Origin: Octopus vulgaris
Lineage: Eukaryota
NCBI GenBank assembly: GCA_951406725.2
Contig: OX597831.1
Coordinates: forward strand, 4,154,001 to 4,218,000
Length of the DNA: 64,000 nucleotides
Reading direction: 5' to 3'
Part shown: piece after piece, positions 43,806 through 58,808 of the stretch
Numbering within the stretch: position 1 is the stretch's first letter
Layout: each line of letters begins with the position of its first letter
Position numbers and translations under genes: made by a program
Notes under the pieces: generated by a model
Database searches by the model: none
Told to the model about the DNA's origin: nothing
Seen by the model: the letters and a program-made list of their open reading frames with translations, nothing else

Positions 43806-44092
43806 ATATAAGCATCTAAATATGTACAACGCACGTGTCCTCACACTCACATATACAAACACACACATACACACCAAGGCACAAAATAACGTGTGTACGT
43901 GTGTACATGCTTAAAGGATAAGCGACAACAGCTCTTTCACAAAATTTAGGGTGAGAATGGTGTTATTTTGCTTCTATAACCTACTTAGTTACCTATTTCG
44001 AGGCACTTCGTCTTCTGCACATGTGCTCTGCAATTACTTGAAAGCTTTATGGGAAAGTCAATTCTCTATATTGTATATGTATGTATGTATGT

Positions 44093-44321
44093 ACTTTACT
44101 TATCTTTTACCTGTTTCAGTCATTTGACTGCGGTCATGCTGGAGCACCGCCTTTAGTCGAGCAAATCGACCCCAAGACTTATTCTTTGTAAGCCCAGTAC
44201 TTATTTTATCGGTCTTTTTTGCCGAACCGCTAAGTGACGGGGACGTAAACACACCAGCATTGGTTGTCAAGCAATTCTAGGGGGACAATCACAGACACAC
44301 ACACATACACGCACACACACA

Positions 44322-44367
<46 letters not shown>

Positions 44368-44970
44368 TACGACGGGCTTCTTTCAGTTTCCGTCTACCAA
44401 ATCCACTCACAAGGTTTGGTTGGCCCGAGGCTATAGTAGAAGAAACTTGCCCAAAGTGCCACACAGTGGGACTGAGATCGGAACCATGTGGTTGGTAAGC
44501 AAGCTACTTACCACACAGCCACTCCTGCGCCGTATATGTATGTATGTACTTTACTTTACTTTTACTTTTACTTGTTTCAGTCATTTGACTGCGGCCATGC
44601 TGGAGCACCACCTTTAGTCGAGCAAATCGACTCCGGGATTTATTCTTTGCAAGCCCAGGACTTATTTTATCGGTCTCTTTTGCCGAACCGCTAAGTGACG
44701 GGGAAGTAAACACACCAGCATTGGTTGTCAAGCAATGCTAAGGAGACAAACACAGACACACAAACACATACACACACATACACACATATATATATATACA
44801 TATATACGACAGGATTCTTTCAGTTTCTGTCTACCAAATCCACTCACAAGGCATTGGTCGGTCCGGGGCTATAGTAGAAGACACTTGCCCAAGATGCCAC
44901 GCAGTGGGACTGAACCGGGAACCATATGGTTGGTTAGCAAGCTACTTACCACACAGCTACTCCTGCGCCT
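44093..44970 (-). mobile_element. Tandem pair of SINE family A (44093-44531 and 44548-44970)
   Basis: Duplicate of 27574-28453. Confidence 0.92.
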
Positions 44971-45102
44971 ATGTATGTATATTTATTTATGAGTTTAAAG
45001 GGAAATATAATTCTGGTGGTTTCCGTGTTTCCTCTTAAATTGGTTTCAGATACTGGCTAACCGCAACGGTCCGTTAGTGATACCCGAGATAACAATAAGT
45101 TG

Positions 45103-45176
45103 CTGGACTCTCAATGACACCAGGATGCATACCTAACATTGTGCAGTAAATGTGGTTGAAACGCGCGTAGGTCCAG
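45103..45176 (+). ncRNA. Degenerate hammerhead motif (duplicate of 28586-28659)
   Basis: Identical sequence. Confidence 0.6.
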
Positions 45177-45266
45177 AAAATAATGCTGTAAATAACTGTT
45201 CAATAAGATTATAGATATGAAAACTCTTCGTTCTCCTTATTAATACTGTATATATTTATATAGAGT

Positions 45267-46367
45267 AACCTTGAACAACTAGAAATAGAAACTAATACTA
45301 TGGAGAGCATCCAGAAAATAGCTAACTCCATCCATCAGAGTATTAAGGTCTCGATTGACTACCCTGCGGAACACCCTAACGATAGACTACCAGTACTAGA
45401 TACAGAATTCTGGCTGGAAATAGTGAATAATAAAACCCAAATCCTCCATTCACACCATGACAAAGTTATGGCCTCCAAATACCCGATCCACCGGAACTCA
45501 GCTATCGTGGAGGATGCCAAATTGATGGCAGACCTCACCAGAGTAATGAGAAATATGTCCCGCATGTGCGACTCTACGGAGTTAGAAAGGCACACACAAC
45601 ACTTCGTCCACCGCATGCAGTTCTCAAGGTACAGCTATAGACAAAGGGTCAGAGTATATAAAGGAGCCATGAGGAAATTTGAAACTATCATACGTAACGA
45701 TAGGACTGGGATTATCCCACGCTATAGGAGCAAGTCATGGAATACCATTGAAAGGACTAAGAAGAAAATATTAACAAGGCCAACTCGTGGTATGATAGCC
45801 ACAAATACCAGAGTATCATGTTTGTCGACACCACTTCTAGAGGCGAACTGGCGTACCTATTTCTTTACTGCCCACAAGGGGCTAAACACAGAGGGAACAA
45901 ACAAGGACAGACAAACGGAATAAATCGATTAAATCGACCCCAGTGCGTAACTGGTACTTAATTTATCGACGCCGAAAGGATGAAAGGCAAAGTCGACCTC
46001 GGCGGAATTTGAACTCAGAACGTAATGGCAGACGAAATACGGCTACGCATTTCGCCCGGCGTGCTAACGTTTCTGCCAGCTCGCCGCCTTATCTAGGGGC
46101 GAACTGGCGTACCGCTTTAGATGGGCCCTAGACAAGCTTAAGCTAAGATTTAAGGTTGAAGAAAGGTCGGCTAACACTATCATATACTTAATCGGTAGAA
46201 ACTACCTTTTAATAGAACACTCTTTACTGATAGGAACTGTATTGTATGTAGAGTTAGTCCACAAAAAACCGTGAAGCTAAGAATGCAGACTATTGAATAA
46301 GATGTAAAGAGGGACTCTGCAGAAACAAGACAACGACGTACGTAGGAGAGACAGCATGTAGCATCTA
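45267..46367 (+). mobile_element. PLE RT/GIY-YIG fragment with SINE B at 45858-46091 (duplicate)
   Basis: Near-identical to 28750-29850. Confidence 0.85.
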
Positions 46368-47239
46368 CCAAAGCTACTCACAAGGCATTGGTCGGCTCGA
46401 GGCTAGAGTAGAAGACACTTGCCCAAGGTGCCACGCAGTGGGACTGAACCCGGAACCACGTGGTTGGGAAGCATGCTTCTTGATGCATTAATATATATAC
46501 ATCTGTCCGTATCTATTTATCTATTTATATATACATATGTAAATATAGGTGTATATGTGTATAAATATGCGTGTGTATACATATATAATTATATATATAC
46601 ATTTATATATATATATATATATATATATACATGCTATATATATTTATACATCTCTCTATCTATCTCCCCCTCCCCTCTCTCTCTCTCTCTCCCTCTCTCT
46701 CTCTCTCTCATATAACAAAGTAAAGTTGTGGTTACCGCACGAGTAATAATATATGGAAAATAATCTGAAAAGACAGGAATCTTTTAAAAGTCTCTATTAA
46801 CTTAACCGGTTTCACTTATTTAAAAAGATTTTCAAATGTAAAGTGTGTGGCTTTGTGCATCCTCTGTGTTGTCGAGATTTAATTTACATAAATATATTCA
46901 AAGGAAGCGATAGCGTCTTTGACAATGATAAGAAAACGTTTGAGACTTTGTGTATCCTCTGGGATGAGTTAAAGATAGTTTACATAAAAACATTTAGATC
47001 AGGTGATAAATCTTTTTTTATAATGATAAAAAGATAAAAATCAGCTTACGTAAATGTATTCAAATCAAGTAATAGAGTTTTTGACAAGAAAATAAAACGT
47101 ATCTGTTTTGTCAGTCAGTGGGTGCTAAAGTTTTAGTCTCACTATGATCAGAAACCATAGTTGGTTGCAGCATCTTAAATAGAAAAAAATAGTAATAATA
47201 AATCTTAGAGCGAGTTATAAACAGTAGTTGCAATACATC

Positions 47240-47543
47240 GTGACGTATATTTGCCATTTAAATATGGCTAATCCCTAAGGGTGGATGCTACTGTAGTTTG
47301 TAGCCCCATGAGGACACCTCCTCCAGCTGGCTATAGACACACTTTCTGTGCCCTATCAGTATTTGCATGTGTCCGTGTGTATCATAAGTTGGAGACGGGA
47401 AGGATGACTTCCCTTTGCAAATACTGATAGGGCACAGAAAGTGTGTCTATAGCAAAGCTGGAGGAGGTGTCCTCCTGGGGCTACAAACTACAGTAGCATC
47501 CACCCTTAGGGTTAGCCATATTTAAGTGGCAAATATACGTCAC
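47240..47543. mobile_element. MITE / foldback element (duplicate of 30738-31041)
   Basis: Same inverted arms as copy 1. Confidence 0.88.
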
Positions 47544-48245
47544 AAAAAAATATTAGATAAATAAAAAAAAACACATTTATAGTTCTCGGATTTGGTTGTA
47601 GGGTCTCACATCTGGTTGGAATTTAACAGCAGCCACTATTTTATACAGAGATGGTAGCTCAAAATTGCATACTTAAAAAAAAAACATAAAACAACGTGGT
47701 TGGTTGATGGCAGTCACGTGATCAAAAGATGGTTCTGTTTTTGAAAAGAAGGTGGGTTAGAATTGCTTCCCTCTAAAAACATTGTGGGTGGTTGATAATA
47801 GTCACATGATCAAAAGGTTCCAATAGTTGTTGTGGGGCCAAGAAAGGCTTGTTTGGTGAGCTGGTTCTGCTATGGTTCAGTAGTTTGGGCTGGTGTTTTG
47901 GGGGTTTATATGAATGACTCATAAGTAAAGAATGGTGTGTATTGTCGTGTAAGAGTATGTATATGTGCAAATGTATGTGTGTATGTGTATGTCTGCGTAT
48001 ATTCTCTCTCTCTCTCTGTCTCTCTCACTCACACACTCACACACTCATACATACACATAGACGTACGCACGCACACAGACTCAGCGGATAGGAAGATGCT
48101 AGCACAAGTGAAGCATAGGTAAGCATGGAATTAGTTCTCGGTCTGACTGAATTCTTTAACTCAAACACCTCAGGTAAAATAGTCCATCAGTAAGAACAAC
48201 AAAACTGTAGCGAATAAGAAGGTAAAGATTGACAGCCATTTGTAG

Positions 48246-48717
48246 ATGTTAGGAGTTCATCTGTCGGCTATCTGACGACATGATATTCGACAATCTTGCA
48301 TTATCATACCAAAGCAAGGTCAATGATGTCCTCGGTGGCTGCAGTTGGAGGTCTCCCTCATACGGGATCATCTTCCACACTCTCCCTGTTACGCTGGAAT
48401 TCATTTACCCAGCGTTTGACTGTTGCATATGAAGGAGCATTGTCTGTTAAGGTTGACACCATATCTTCATGGATTTCTGATGGAGTACTTTCAAATGAAG
48501 GTACTTTATGACAGCACGTTACTCAGTTTTCTTCATTTTTCTTGTAACCTCAACATTTATTTATTCAAAAATCTGCGACAAAAATAATTAAAATATCAGA
48601 ATCATGAAAATGAGCAAAAATACTTCGAAAAGACTGTACTTACCAGAAAAAATTGTTTCAGTTACCTAGCAAACCCGTTTCTAGGTTAGGCTCAAAACTT
48701 TTCACACACCCCTCATA
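48246..48717 (-). mobile_element. Mariner 5' relic (duplicate)
   Basis: Near-identical to 31745-32216. Confidence 0.88.
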
Positions 48718-48813
48718 TATGAGAAATTGCACTTATATTACAGGATGTAAATGCTCGTTCTTCTGAAGAAAATGTTCAAGGAGTTCTTCTCAAGGACACG
48801 TATCAGAGAAGAC

Positions 48814-49131
48814 GAGTGGCTTTGTGGTTAGGTTATTCGGCTCGCAATCGTAAGCTCGTGAGTTCGATACCCGGCGGCGGCGGGTCGTGTCCTTGAATCA
48901 GATAATTTATTTCTGGTTGCTCCAGTCCAGGTAGCTGGCAAAAAATGAGTTGTATCTGTAATTCAAAGGGCCAGCCTCGTGAGATTGTGTCACGCTGAAT
49001 CTCCTTGGGAACTATGTTAAGGGTACGTGAGGTTGTGATGTGCATAACCACTCGCACGTTAATTTCACGAGCAGGCGATTCAGTTGATCCTATCACCTGG
49101 AACACTCGTCGTCGCAACCGACGAAGAGCCA
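48814..49131 (+). mobile_element. SINE family C (duplicate)
   Basis: Matches 32313-32630. Confidence 0.8.
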
Positions 49132-49794
49132 GGCCACTGACGTATCAGTTTTACGTAAATGGATAATATTTTCGTTTATATGCTTCATTATGAACACCTC
49201 TTTGCATAATGTTCATTCCGATATCAATCATTCATCGAAGTTTTGAAATACCAGTGAAGTTAAATTTACAAACACTAAAATGCTAATTTTTTTTTCTTGG
49301 TAGTAAAAGGAATAAAGGTAATTTATGCATATATTTGATAAAATTTTCATAAGTTTAATTTTTCTTTCAGTGAAAGAACCCTTGATATTCGTAAATAACT
49401 GCTATTTCGATATAGTTGGATCTCATCAGTGTGACGTGCTTCGAAATCTATTATCTGCTAAAAATTGCATTAAGTTAAATCGAATTATTATTAACTTAAT
49501 AGAAGGAAGAGATATAAGCTGATTAGGATAAGAAAAAAACCCAGATCATTTACAGCTCGTTAGGTGTGTAAGTGACATAGTTGTTTTCACAGGTTCTATT
49601 TACGAAATTTCACACAAAAAGCATATTTGGTAAAGCAAACCTTTCCTAATTGGCAATCGTAATATATGACTAGCAGTGAAATTGAACTCAGAACGGTTTT
49701 GTCGTGAAACGAAAATTTTACTCACTCATCCATGACTATACACAAATTGCAATGGCATATACATATATAGACATACATACATACATACATACAT

Positions 49795-49872
<78 letters not shown>

Positions 49873-50574
49873 TACTACATATGATTATGTGTGTATATTT
49901 CTTCGTTTACATGTATGCATGTATGAATGTCCATGTACAGATTACTGCATGAACGCATGCGACAAAACCCTCACCACCACCACCACCACCACCACCACCA
50001 CAACCACCACCACAACCACCACCACCACCGCCACCACCATCACAACCACCACCACCACCACCACCACCGCCACCGCCGCCACCACCACCACACATACCTG
50101 GAATTTGCTATGGCATTCATTTTTACAGTGGTAACAACTTGAATTTTAACGACAGAACAAATATTTATTCAGAAAATACGTAACCGTGTGTTTTCTAAAT
50201 AAGCATTTATTCCTTAATTCGTTTAAAATAGAGAAATTGTGTGTTTTAAACCAATTAAAACCTCACAAAACAACAGAATCTAAACAACAACTGAGACGGT
50301 AATAACATCAACATCTAAAACAATAACAACAACAACAACAACAACAGCATCAAATACATCTAACAGCAGCAGCAGCAACAACAACAACAGCAACAGTGCC
50401 TCTGTATAATATTCATCTGTCATATTACTTTTAGAATTGTATAATTATTGATATTCTGTTTTGACATTTCTCTCGGAAGAACTCTGCATCTCTGATGTCA
50501 CATTTGATGTTTGAAATGTGAGTTTACGTCTCGCAAGTGACGTAGCTGCCACCCCGTAGCCGCCGACATGAGGA

Positions 50575-50656
50575 GGCGGCGGCGGCGATGACGACTACGA
50601 CGACGATTAGGAGGAAAACACAATGATGATGATGATGATGATGATGATGGTGATGG

Positions 50657-50704
<48 letters not shown>

Positions 50705-51129
50705 GGATGATGATGATGAAGAAGAAGGAGGAGGAGGAGAAAAAGAAGGAGGAGGAGGGGGAGAAAAAGAAGAAGGAGGGGGGAGGAGGAGGAGAAAAAG
50801 AAGAAGAAGAAGAAGGGGAGGGGGAGGGGGAGAAGAAGAAGGAGGAGGAGGAGGAGGAGGAGGAGAAGAAGAAGAAGAAGAAGAAGAAGAAGGAGGAGGC
50901 GGAGGAAAAAAGAAGGAAGAGGAGGAGGAGAAAAAGAAGAAGGAGAAGAAGGAGGTGGAGAAGGAGGAGAAAAAGAAGAAGAAAACGACGACAACGAGGA
51001 AGAAGAAGAAGAAGAAGAAGAAGAAGAAGAAGAAGAAGAAGAAGAAGAAGAAGAAGAAGAAGAAGAAGAAGAAGAAGAAGAAGAAGAAGAAGAAGGTAAA
51101 GAAGAAGAAGAAGGTAAAGAAGAAGAAGA
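50575..51129. repeat. GGC/GAC/GAT/GAG/GAA tract, short version
   Basis: Counterpart of 34125-35663. Confidence 0.95.
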
Positions 51130-52149
51130 ATAGAAATCAGGAGAGGCATCTTCCAAGGGGGCTGACTTTGTGCTGTGCATGATACCACAAACACTGATTC
51201 TGAGGAAAGCAAAGGCTGGGTGTGTTTTCAAGAGCCGCCAACAAAAAGTTAACCACTTGTTATTCATGGATGACCTCAAACTTTATGGTAAAGATGAAGC
51301 CCAAGTCAGTTCCCTCGTTGATACGGTGTATACTTTCAGTGCTGATATCAGAATGGAGTTCGGACTGAGAAAGTGTGGTGTGTTAGTCTTGAAGAGAGAG
51401 AAAATTAAATGTATAGACGGGCTAGCGACACCGTCAGGGGAAGTTGTGAGACAAATAGAAGATATGGGCTATAAGTATTGGGGATACTGGAAAAGGATTA
51501 ATTGGTGGAGAAAGAAATGACAGGAAAATTTAAGGTGGAGTACTTGCGCAGACTGAGATTGATCCTTAAGTCGAAATTAAACGGACAGAATAAGACTGAA
51601 GCTATCAACACCTGGGCGGTTTCACTCCTTAGATATGGAGCAGGAGTAATCGCATGAACAGTAGACGAACTAAACAGCTTAGACAGAAAGACAAGGAAGT
51701 TGTTGAAAAGATATGGGATATTCCACCCAAAAAGTGACACAGACAGACTGTATGTACCAAGAAAAAGTGGCGGAAGGGGACTTATTGGATGTGAACACAG
51801 CGTTAGAACAGAAGAAAGCAACATAGCATGGTTTGTAAAAAGTGTCACAGAACTACTATTGTTTGAACTAAGAAGGTCAGGATTGTGAAGGATGGAAGAC
51901 TTTTCCTTCTCTCTTTTACTTGTTCCAGTCACTTGACTGTGGCCACGCTGGAGCATTGCCTTTAGTCGAGCAAATCAACCCCAGGACTTATTCTTTGTAA
52001 GCATAGTACTTATTCAATTGGTTTCTTTTGACGAACCGCTAATTTACGGGGACGTAAACACACCACCATCAGTTGTCAAGCGATGTTGGTGGGACAAACA
52101 TAGACACAAACATATACAGACACATACATACATATATACATACATACAT

Positions 52150-52234
<85 letters not shown>

Positions 52235-53163
52235 TACGACGGGCTTCCTTCAGTTTCCGTCTACCAAATTCAATCACGAGTCTGTGGTCGACCCGAAGCT
52301 ATAGTAGAAGGCACTTGCCCAAGGTGCAAAGATAAAGTACTCTACAAGCACTTGAGAATAAGTGAAACTAAAAATAGGTGGATAAAGAAAAGAATGCATG
52401 GATAATTTCATAGGGATGCTGAAGATAAGACAGACAGAGAAAAAAGATGGCTATGGATGACTGAAAGTGATTTAAAACCGGAAAAATTGGCTCTGATCTG
52501 TGCTGCCCAAGAGCAAGCATTAAGAACCAATTACATCGAATACAGAATAGACAACACATCAGAAAGTGATAAGTGCAGAATTTGTGGACAAAATGGGGAA
52601 ACCGTATCGCATATTACCAGTCAATGTACGCCACTAGCCCAGAAGGAATATAAGAGACATCATGACAATATAGAAAGGATTGCCCATTGGACACTTTGCA
52701 ACAAGTATGGACTTGACAGAGCAAAAACGTGGTACGAACATAAACCCGAAGGCATCATCGAGAATGATAATGCAAAGATCCCATGAGATTTTATGATTCA
52801 GTGTGACCATGAAATAGAGAATAGGAAACCAGACATAGTGTTGAGAAAGAAAGCAAACTATGCTGGATCATAGATATAGCATGCCCAGCTGACAACAAGG
52901 TATGCGATAAGGAAGAATGAAAAGTCGATAGATATGACAGGTTAGTAATACCAATAGTTATCGGAGCCCTGGGAACAGTGAGTAAAAATCTCGAGAAGTA
53001 CATGGATCAAATAGAAGCTGCAATAAGGGTGGAGCACTTGCAGAAAACAGTATTGCTTTGAACCGCTCGAATACTCCGAATGGTGCTCGAAAAATAAGGG
53101 GTGTTACTTTAGTTCACTGGTAGTAAACAGCTGACACTGCGTTAGAAGCTGTGCATAGACAAT
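51130..53163 (+). mobile_element. Decayed R4/Dong-like LINE with nested SINE A at 51902-52325 (copy 2)
   Basis: The RT motif NHLLFMDDLKLYGK is intact here; CCHC and endonuclease motifs as in copy 1. Confidence 0.9.
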
Positions 53164-53164
53164 A

Positions 53165-53251
<87 letters not shown>

Positions 53252-54030
53252 AAGAAGAAGAAGAAGAATGATAATAACAATAATAATGATGATAATGATG
53301 ATGATGATGATTCTAAAATGTAACAGATTTAGTTAACTACATCAAGTAAAATGAAATAAAAAATCAATAACTACTCCGAACTCACCTATTCTAGCTTTGT
53401 CCACCACATAACCTCACGACATTTAACAGATAAAAGAAACAGACTTTCGTTGCCTGAAAGAAGTTAGTGTGTTGTTCCTCATAATAGACTCAACTGAAAG
53501 TCACACCCATCGGACATGTGTTAGCAATTGTTCGACACAAGTGGACAAGTTGGCTATTCACAGCTCTGTGCGTATTTTCGACATAGCGCTTGACGATGAT
53601 TCTGTAACATTGCCAAATGAAGACGTTTTAGAAATTACCATATTCGTGGACTGTGAATGTTTCTGGTGGACATTGTGCAAGCTTCGTGCACGCTGCTGCA
53701 AATGATTGCCACCATACTGCATTGTTTTCTGCCTAGATGCATAAGCTACTGCTGTCGACACTTCTTCCTCGTATATTAAATTTGTGGAATCGAAAAGTGC
53801 ATTTCTCAATCCAAGATTTATGCTGTTACAGAGGATGGTTCTTGCCAAGGGTTGAGTTTACAAAGAACACCAACACCCCGGGATAGCAACATCACTACTA
53901 ATTTCTCTCTTTCTCTCGAACATCTTGGTTGCTCATTGGCTCGTTCACAGTTATTGTGTCACGGTTGGTATTTATCTTCACTTAAGCGTGGATGCTCTGT
54001 TAAAACAAACTAAACTGTGGTAGTTAAACC

Positions 54031-54755
54031 AAAACTGGTACTCTGATCAACTGAACAACCTGCTCATGAAAGTAACCTGCAAGTGGTTGTGCACTCTACA
54101 GACACGGGTGCCCTCAACGTAGCTCTCACGGAGATTCAGCGGGACATAGAATGGGACAAGGCTGGCATTTTGAAATAGGGGTACTACTAATTTTTGCCAG
54201 CTGAGTCGTCTGGAGCAAGGAGAAATAAAGTGTCTGGCTCAAGGACTCGACGCACTACCAGGAATCGAGCTTACCACCTTACTATCGTAAGCGGAGTATC
54301 CGTAACCATTAAGCCACGCACCATCTCAAATTTTGGAACCGGGCCAGTAAGTTGGGGGATGGGGTAAGTCGATTACATCGACATCAGTGATCATCTGGTA
54401 CTTATTTTGTCGACCTCGAAGGATGAACTGTTAAGTCGACCTCGGTGGAATTTGAAATCAGAACGTAAAGATGAACGAAATGCCGCTAAGAATTTTTGTC
54501 TGGCTTGCTAATGATTCTTATTTTCTTTTTTTTTCTTTACTACCCACAAGGGGCTAAACACAGAGGGGACAAAGAAGGTCAGACAAACGGATTAAGTCGA
54601 TTATATCGGCCCCAGTGCGTAACTACTACTTATTTAATCGACCCCGAAAAAAAATGAAAGGCAAAGTCGACCACGGCGGAATTTGAACTCAGAACATAGC
54701 GGCAGACGAAATACCGCTAAGCATTTCGTCCAGCGTGCTAACGATTCTGCCAGCT
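54031..54755 (-). mobile_element. SINE C (54031-54321) and two SINE B copies (duplicates of 39290-40015)
   Basis: Near-identical to copy 1. Confidence 0.85.
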
Positions 54756-54863
54756 TGATGCTTTTCTGCAGTAGCTACCATGAGGAAAACTACCGCAGTA
54801 TAGTTTGTTCCAACAGAACATCCACGTGAAAGTGGGGACAAATAATACCTGTCGGTATTAATA

Positions 54864-55079
54864 CTTTCTCTCTTATACCCTTTTACTTGTTTCAGTCATT
54901 TGACTGTGGCCATGCTGGAGCACCGCCTTTAGTCGAGCAAATCGCCTCTGGACTTATTCTTTGTAAGCCTACTACTCATTCTATCGGTCTTCTTTTGCCG
55001 AACCGCTAAGTTACGGGGACGTAAACACACCAGCATCGGTTGTAAAGCGATGTTGGGGGTACAAACACAGACACACAAA

Positions 55080-55150
<71 letters not shown>

Positions 55151-55327
55151 TTATACATATATACAGCAGGCTTCTTTCAGTTTCCGTCTACCAAATCCAT
55201 TCACAAGGCTCTGGTCGGCCCGAAGCTATAGTAGAAGACACTTGCCGAAGGTGCCACGCAGTGGGACTGAACCCAGAACCATGTGGTTGGTAAGCAAGCT
55301 AATTACCACACAGCTCCTCCTACGCCT
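54864..55327 (-). mobile_element. SINE family A, full length
   Basis: Family A head through tail. Confidence 0.92.
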
Positions 55328-55427
55328 CTGTTGCTAATAAACGTATTGACTGTTGGTATTGTTGCTATTTTTGTTGTTACTCTTGTTGTTCGTATTGTTC
55401 ATGTGGTTGTCCTCGCCATTGCTACCT

Positions 55428-55459
<32 letters not shown>

Positions 55460-56022
55460 GCTACTTCTGAGATTCTTATAATGATTCCCATGACGTTAAT
55501 GTAACAATAGAAATGACGTCGTCGTAGCTGTAGAAACTGACGTGGCAATGACATCGAAGATTATCATTGTTACGGCAACATACAAGATTCCTTCCAATTA
55601 ACTTCATCTGTCTTTTCTCCGTCCGTCCTTCCTTCCGTGGCTAACATTATCCTAGCAGCATCCTTCTCATTCATGTATTTTATTTTTTTTTTCAAGCAAA
55701 AATTATAGATTTACGCAGAAACACCGTGTTTCATCAATTATTCGACCCCGTACGGGATCGTCCACAAAGGAAGAGAACTGTACACCATTATACCGAGTGT
55801 ATAAAGGTAAACGGCCTCTAAAGGCCAAACTGTTTGAGACAATTACAGTGTGGGGGCTGTTACAATATACAACAGAACACACACAGAGACTGTTAACGAT
55901 ATTCCAATTTATTATTTGGTGTCAAAAGTTCCTTTGCACCAACTGCGACCTGGTTACTGGTGGGATTAAACTGCGTTCAACTAGTCTTACGGAGATACAA
56001 AATCCTGAGGGGAACAGGTAAA

Positions 56023-56076
56023 CTACTACTAATACTACTACTACTACTATTACTGCTGAAGCTGCTGCTGGTGCTG

Positions 56077-56133
<57 letters not shown>

Positions 56134-56136
56134 GTG

Positions 56137-56180
<44 letters not shown>

Positions 56181-56205
56181 GCTGCTGCTGCTGGTGCTGG
56201 TGCTG

Positions 56206-56236
<31 letters not shown>

Positions 56237-56288
56237 CTCTAATAATATTAATAATAATAATAATAATAATAATAACAACAATAATAAC

Positions 56289-56352
<64 letters not shown>

Positions 56353-56355
56353 TGG

Positions 56356-56419
<64 letters not shown>

Positions 56420-56453
56420 TAATAACAATAATAATAATAATAACAATAATAAC

Positions 56454-56500
<47 letters not shown>

Positions 56501-56510
56501 TAATAATAAT
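56023..56510. repeat. (CTA)n / (CTG)n / (ATA)n compound tract at a SINE B tail
   Basis: Seen directly. Confidence 0.95.
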
Positions 56511-56511
56511 C

Positions 56512-56700
56512 CTTTTCTGTTATAGGAACAAGGCCTGAAATTTTGGGAGAAGGGGATAGTCCTCAACCGGTGCTAATTCTATCAACCCCCAAAATGATAA
56601 AAGGCAAAGTCGACCCCATCGGAATTTGAACTCAGAACGTAAAGACGGACGAAATGCGGCTAAGCATTTCGCCCAGCATGCTCACGGTTCTGTCATCTCA
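56512..56700 (-). mobile_element. SINE family B variant
   Basis: Contains AAAGGCAAAGTCGACC..GGAATTTGAACTCAGAACGT on the plus strand. Confidence 0.8.
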
Positions 56701-58299
56701 AGTAATCATTACATCCTGTCCACTCTTCCCAAAGCGTTGCCCCCTCTGAAATTCCCGCTCTGCTCCTGTCTTTCTCGCGGTTGTTGTTCATTCGCTAAAG
56801 AAGCAAGACGAACCTTTCAAAGTGTCGATTTAATTTATCGCGGGGGGTTGCGAATGCCATGGGCACTGCCCCTTTTTCCAAACAAAACAAAGTAAATAGA
56901 AATAAGTCTGTGTTGACGTTCACGCCCATCAGAACAAAACAGGTTATGCCCCTTAACTTAATGGGAAAAGCAGAGAGGATCAACGGATCGCAATTCCCAG
57001 GGGCGATATGACTTAATCCCTTGGAAGCGGTGCTCAAGCTCAAGCCTGGCTGCATATAAAATAATTTAGAAAGAATTTGAAAAAAAATAAAACGTATATA
57101 AACAGACACAACAATCTCCGAAATAGCCAGAAGAGTTAATTAAACGCAGCTGTCATAATTTCTTACAAGAAAACGGAACTAATTTTCTGCGATTTCTTCA
57201 CACAATCCGAAATATTTTCACCGAAGTAACTGACAATGAATTCCTGATGAGTGCATTATTCTGAGATATTTATAACAACAGAAACATAGAAATAAATTGA
57301 AACACACCATATTCTCGGTTTCATTCTTAGAAATACAATTGCAGCTTCTTCATTTTATTTTCCGAGTTTTCTTTCTTCCTTTCCCCCCCGCCATTTCGTA
57401 TTTGCAATTTTTTTTTTTTTTTATCTTCTCCATCTTTCTTTGGAGTGTTTTTGAAAAAAAAAAAAAAAGAGTTGTAAAACCTGGGAAGAATCTCTATTTA
57501 ATGTCAGTTTTAATATAAAAAGAAGTAATAATTGTTCAGACCATTAACTGCATCTTTTCATTCTGTGATTGTTCGTCGTGTATTTATTTAGGTGTTTTAA
57601 TTGTATGTTGAATTGTCTTTTATTGTTGCGGTGGTCGTCGTCGCCGTCAGCATATTGTAAAAATCTTAACAGACTTGAGGAGAAATGCCAGATGAAGGAA
57701 TAAAGTTCAGCTACATATGAGAAGTCATGTTATGCTATCCATCTTATTGGAATAGTTTATCCGGAGTTCAATATACCGAGCTAATATTAGGCAGCTAATT
57801 AACTCTGTATTTAGTTTCCGCAAAGCTGACTCCACCTCCAAAAGAACAACAACGAGGATAATGCAATCGCTCGATCTTTTAGAAATAACAGCTAAATCGC
57901 CCTCAAGTATAAACTACCATCTTTTAAAAAGAAGACAGATGAGATGAAAAAAAAAATTGCAAAAATACCAATTTGTTACAGCTGAATTTCATTCATTTGT
58001 TCACGGTTAACCTTGGGATAAAAGAAAAAGCTAAATATCAACAACCTCAGCTTCATTTATCCAAATAACGAATGGTAGAATCTATACCTTCCCGAAAAAA
58101 TTTTCCAAGTGGCTGTAGACCAGAAAAGAGCAAACTTACATGAGGCAAAAGTCTCATCAGCACAAGAAGGTAAACAAATGAAGTCATTGTATAGTAACAG
58201 AATGGCTCGTTTTATGACAGTATGTTTCGAAACTGGATATAAAAAGTCCTTCGGGACTTACATCATGTCAAAGAAACGCAACTCATTTAGAAGATTATA

Positions 58300-58450
58300 T
58301 AGGCCCACAGATATGACTGTATGGTTAAGATGCCCGCTTTGCAGTCACCTGGTTTCGGATTCAGTGTCACTACCTAGCACCTTGGGTGTCTGCTACTATA
58401 ACCCTGGGTCGGCAACTCTCTTGTGAGTGGATTTGGTAGAGAGAAACTGA
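58300..58450 (+). mobile_element. Degenerate SINE family A head
   Basis: GATTCAGTGTCAC..CACCTTGGG..TTGTGAGTGGATTTGGTAGA. Confidence 0.7.
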
Positions 58451-58507
58451 CATTATATAACTAGATACTCACTCACATAAGTTGAGACAAACTATCGAAG
58501 TTGAGAC

Positions 58508-58807
<300 letters not shown>

Positions 58808-58808
58808 T

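Larger units (their letters stand above)
42700..54772 (+). repeat. Copy 2 of the ~13-kb duplication
   Basis: Colinear with 26161-40032; lacks the 37870-38434 insertion and most of the GAA tract. Confidence 0.97.
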
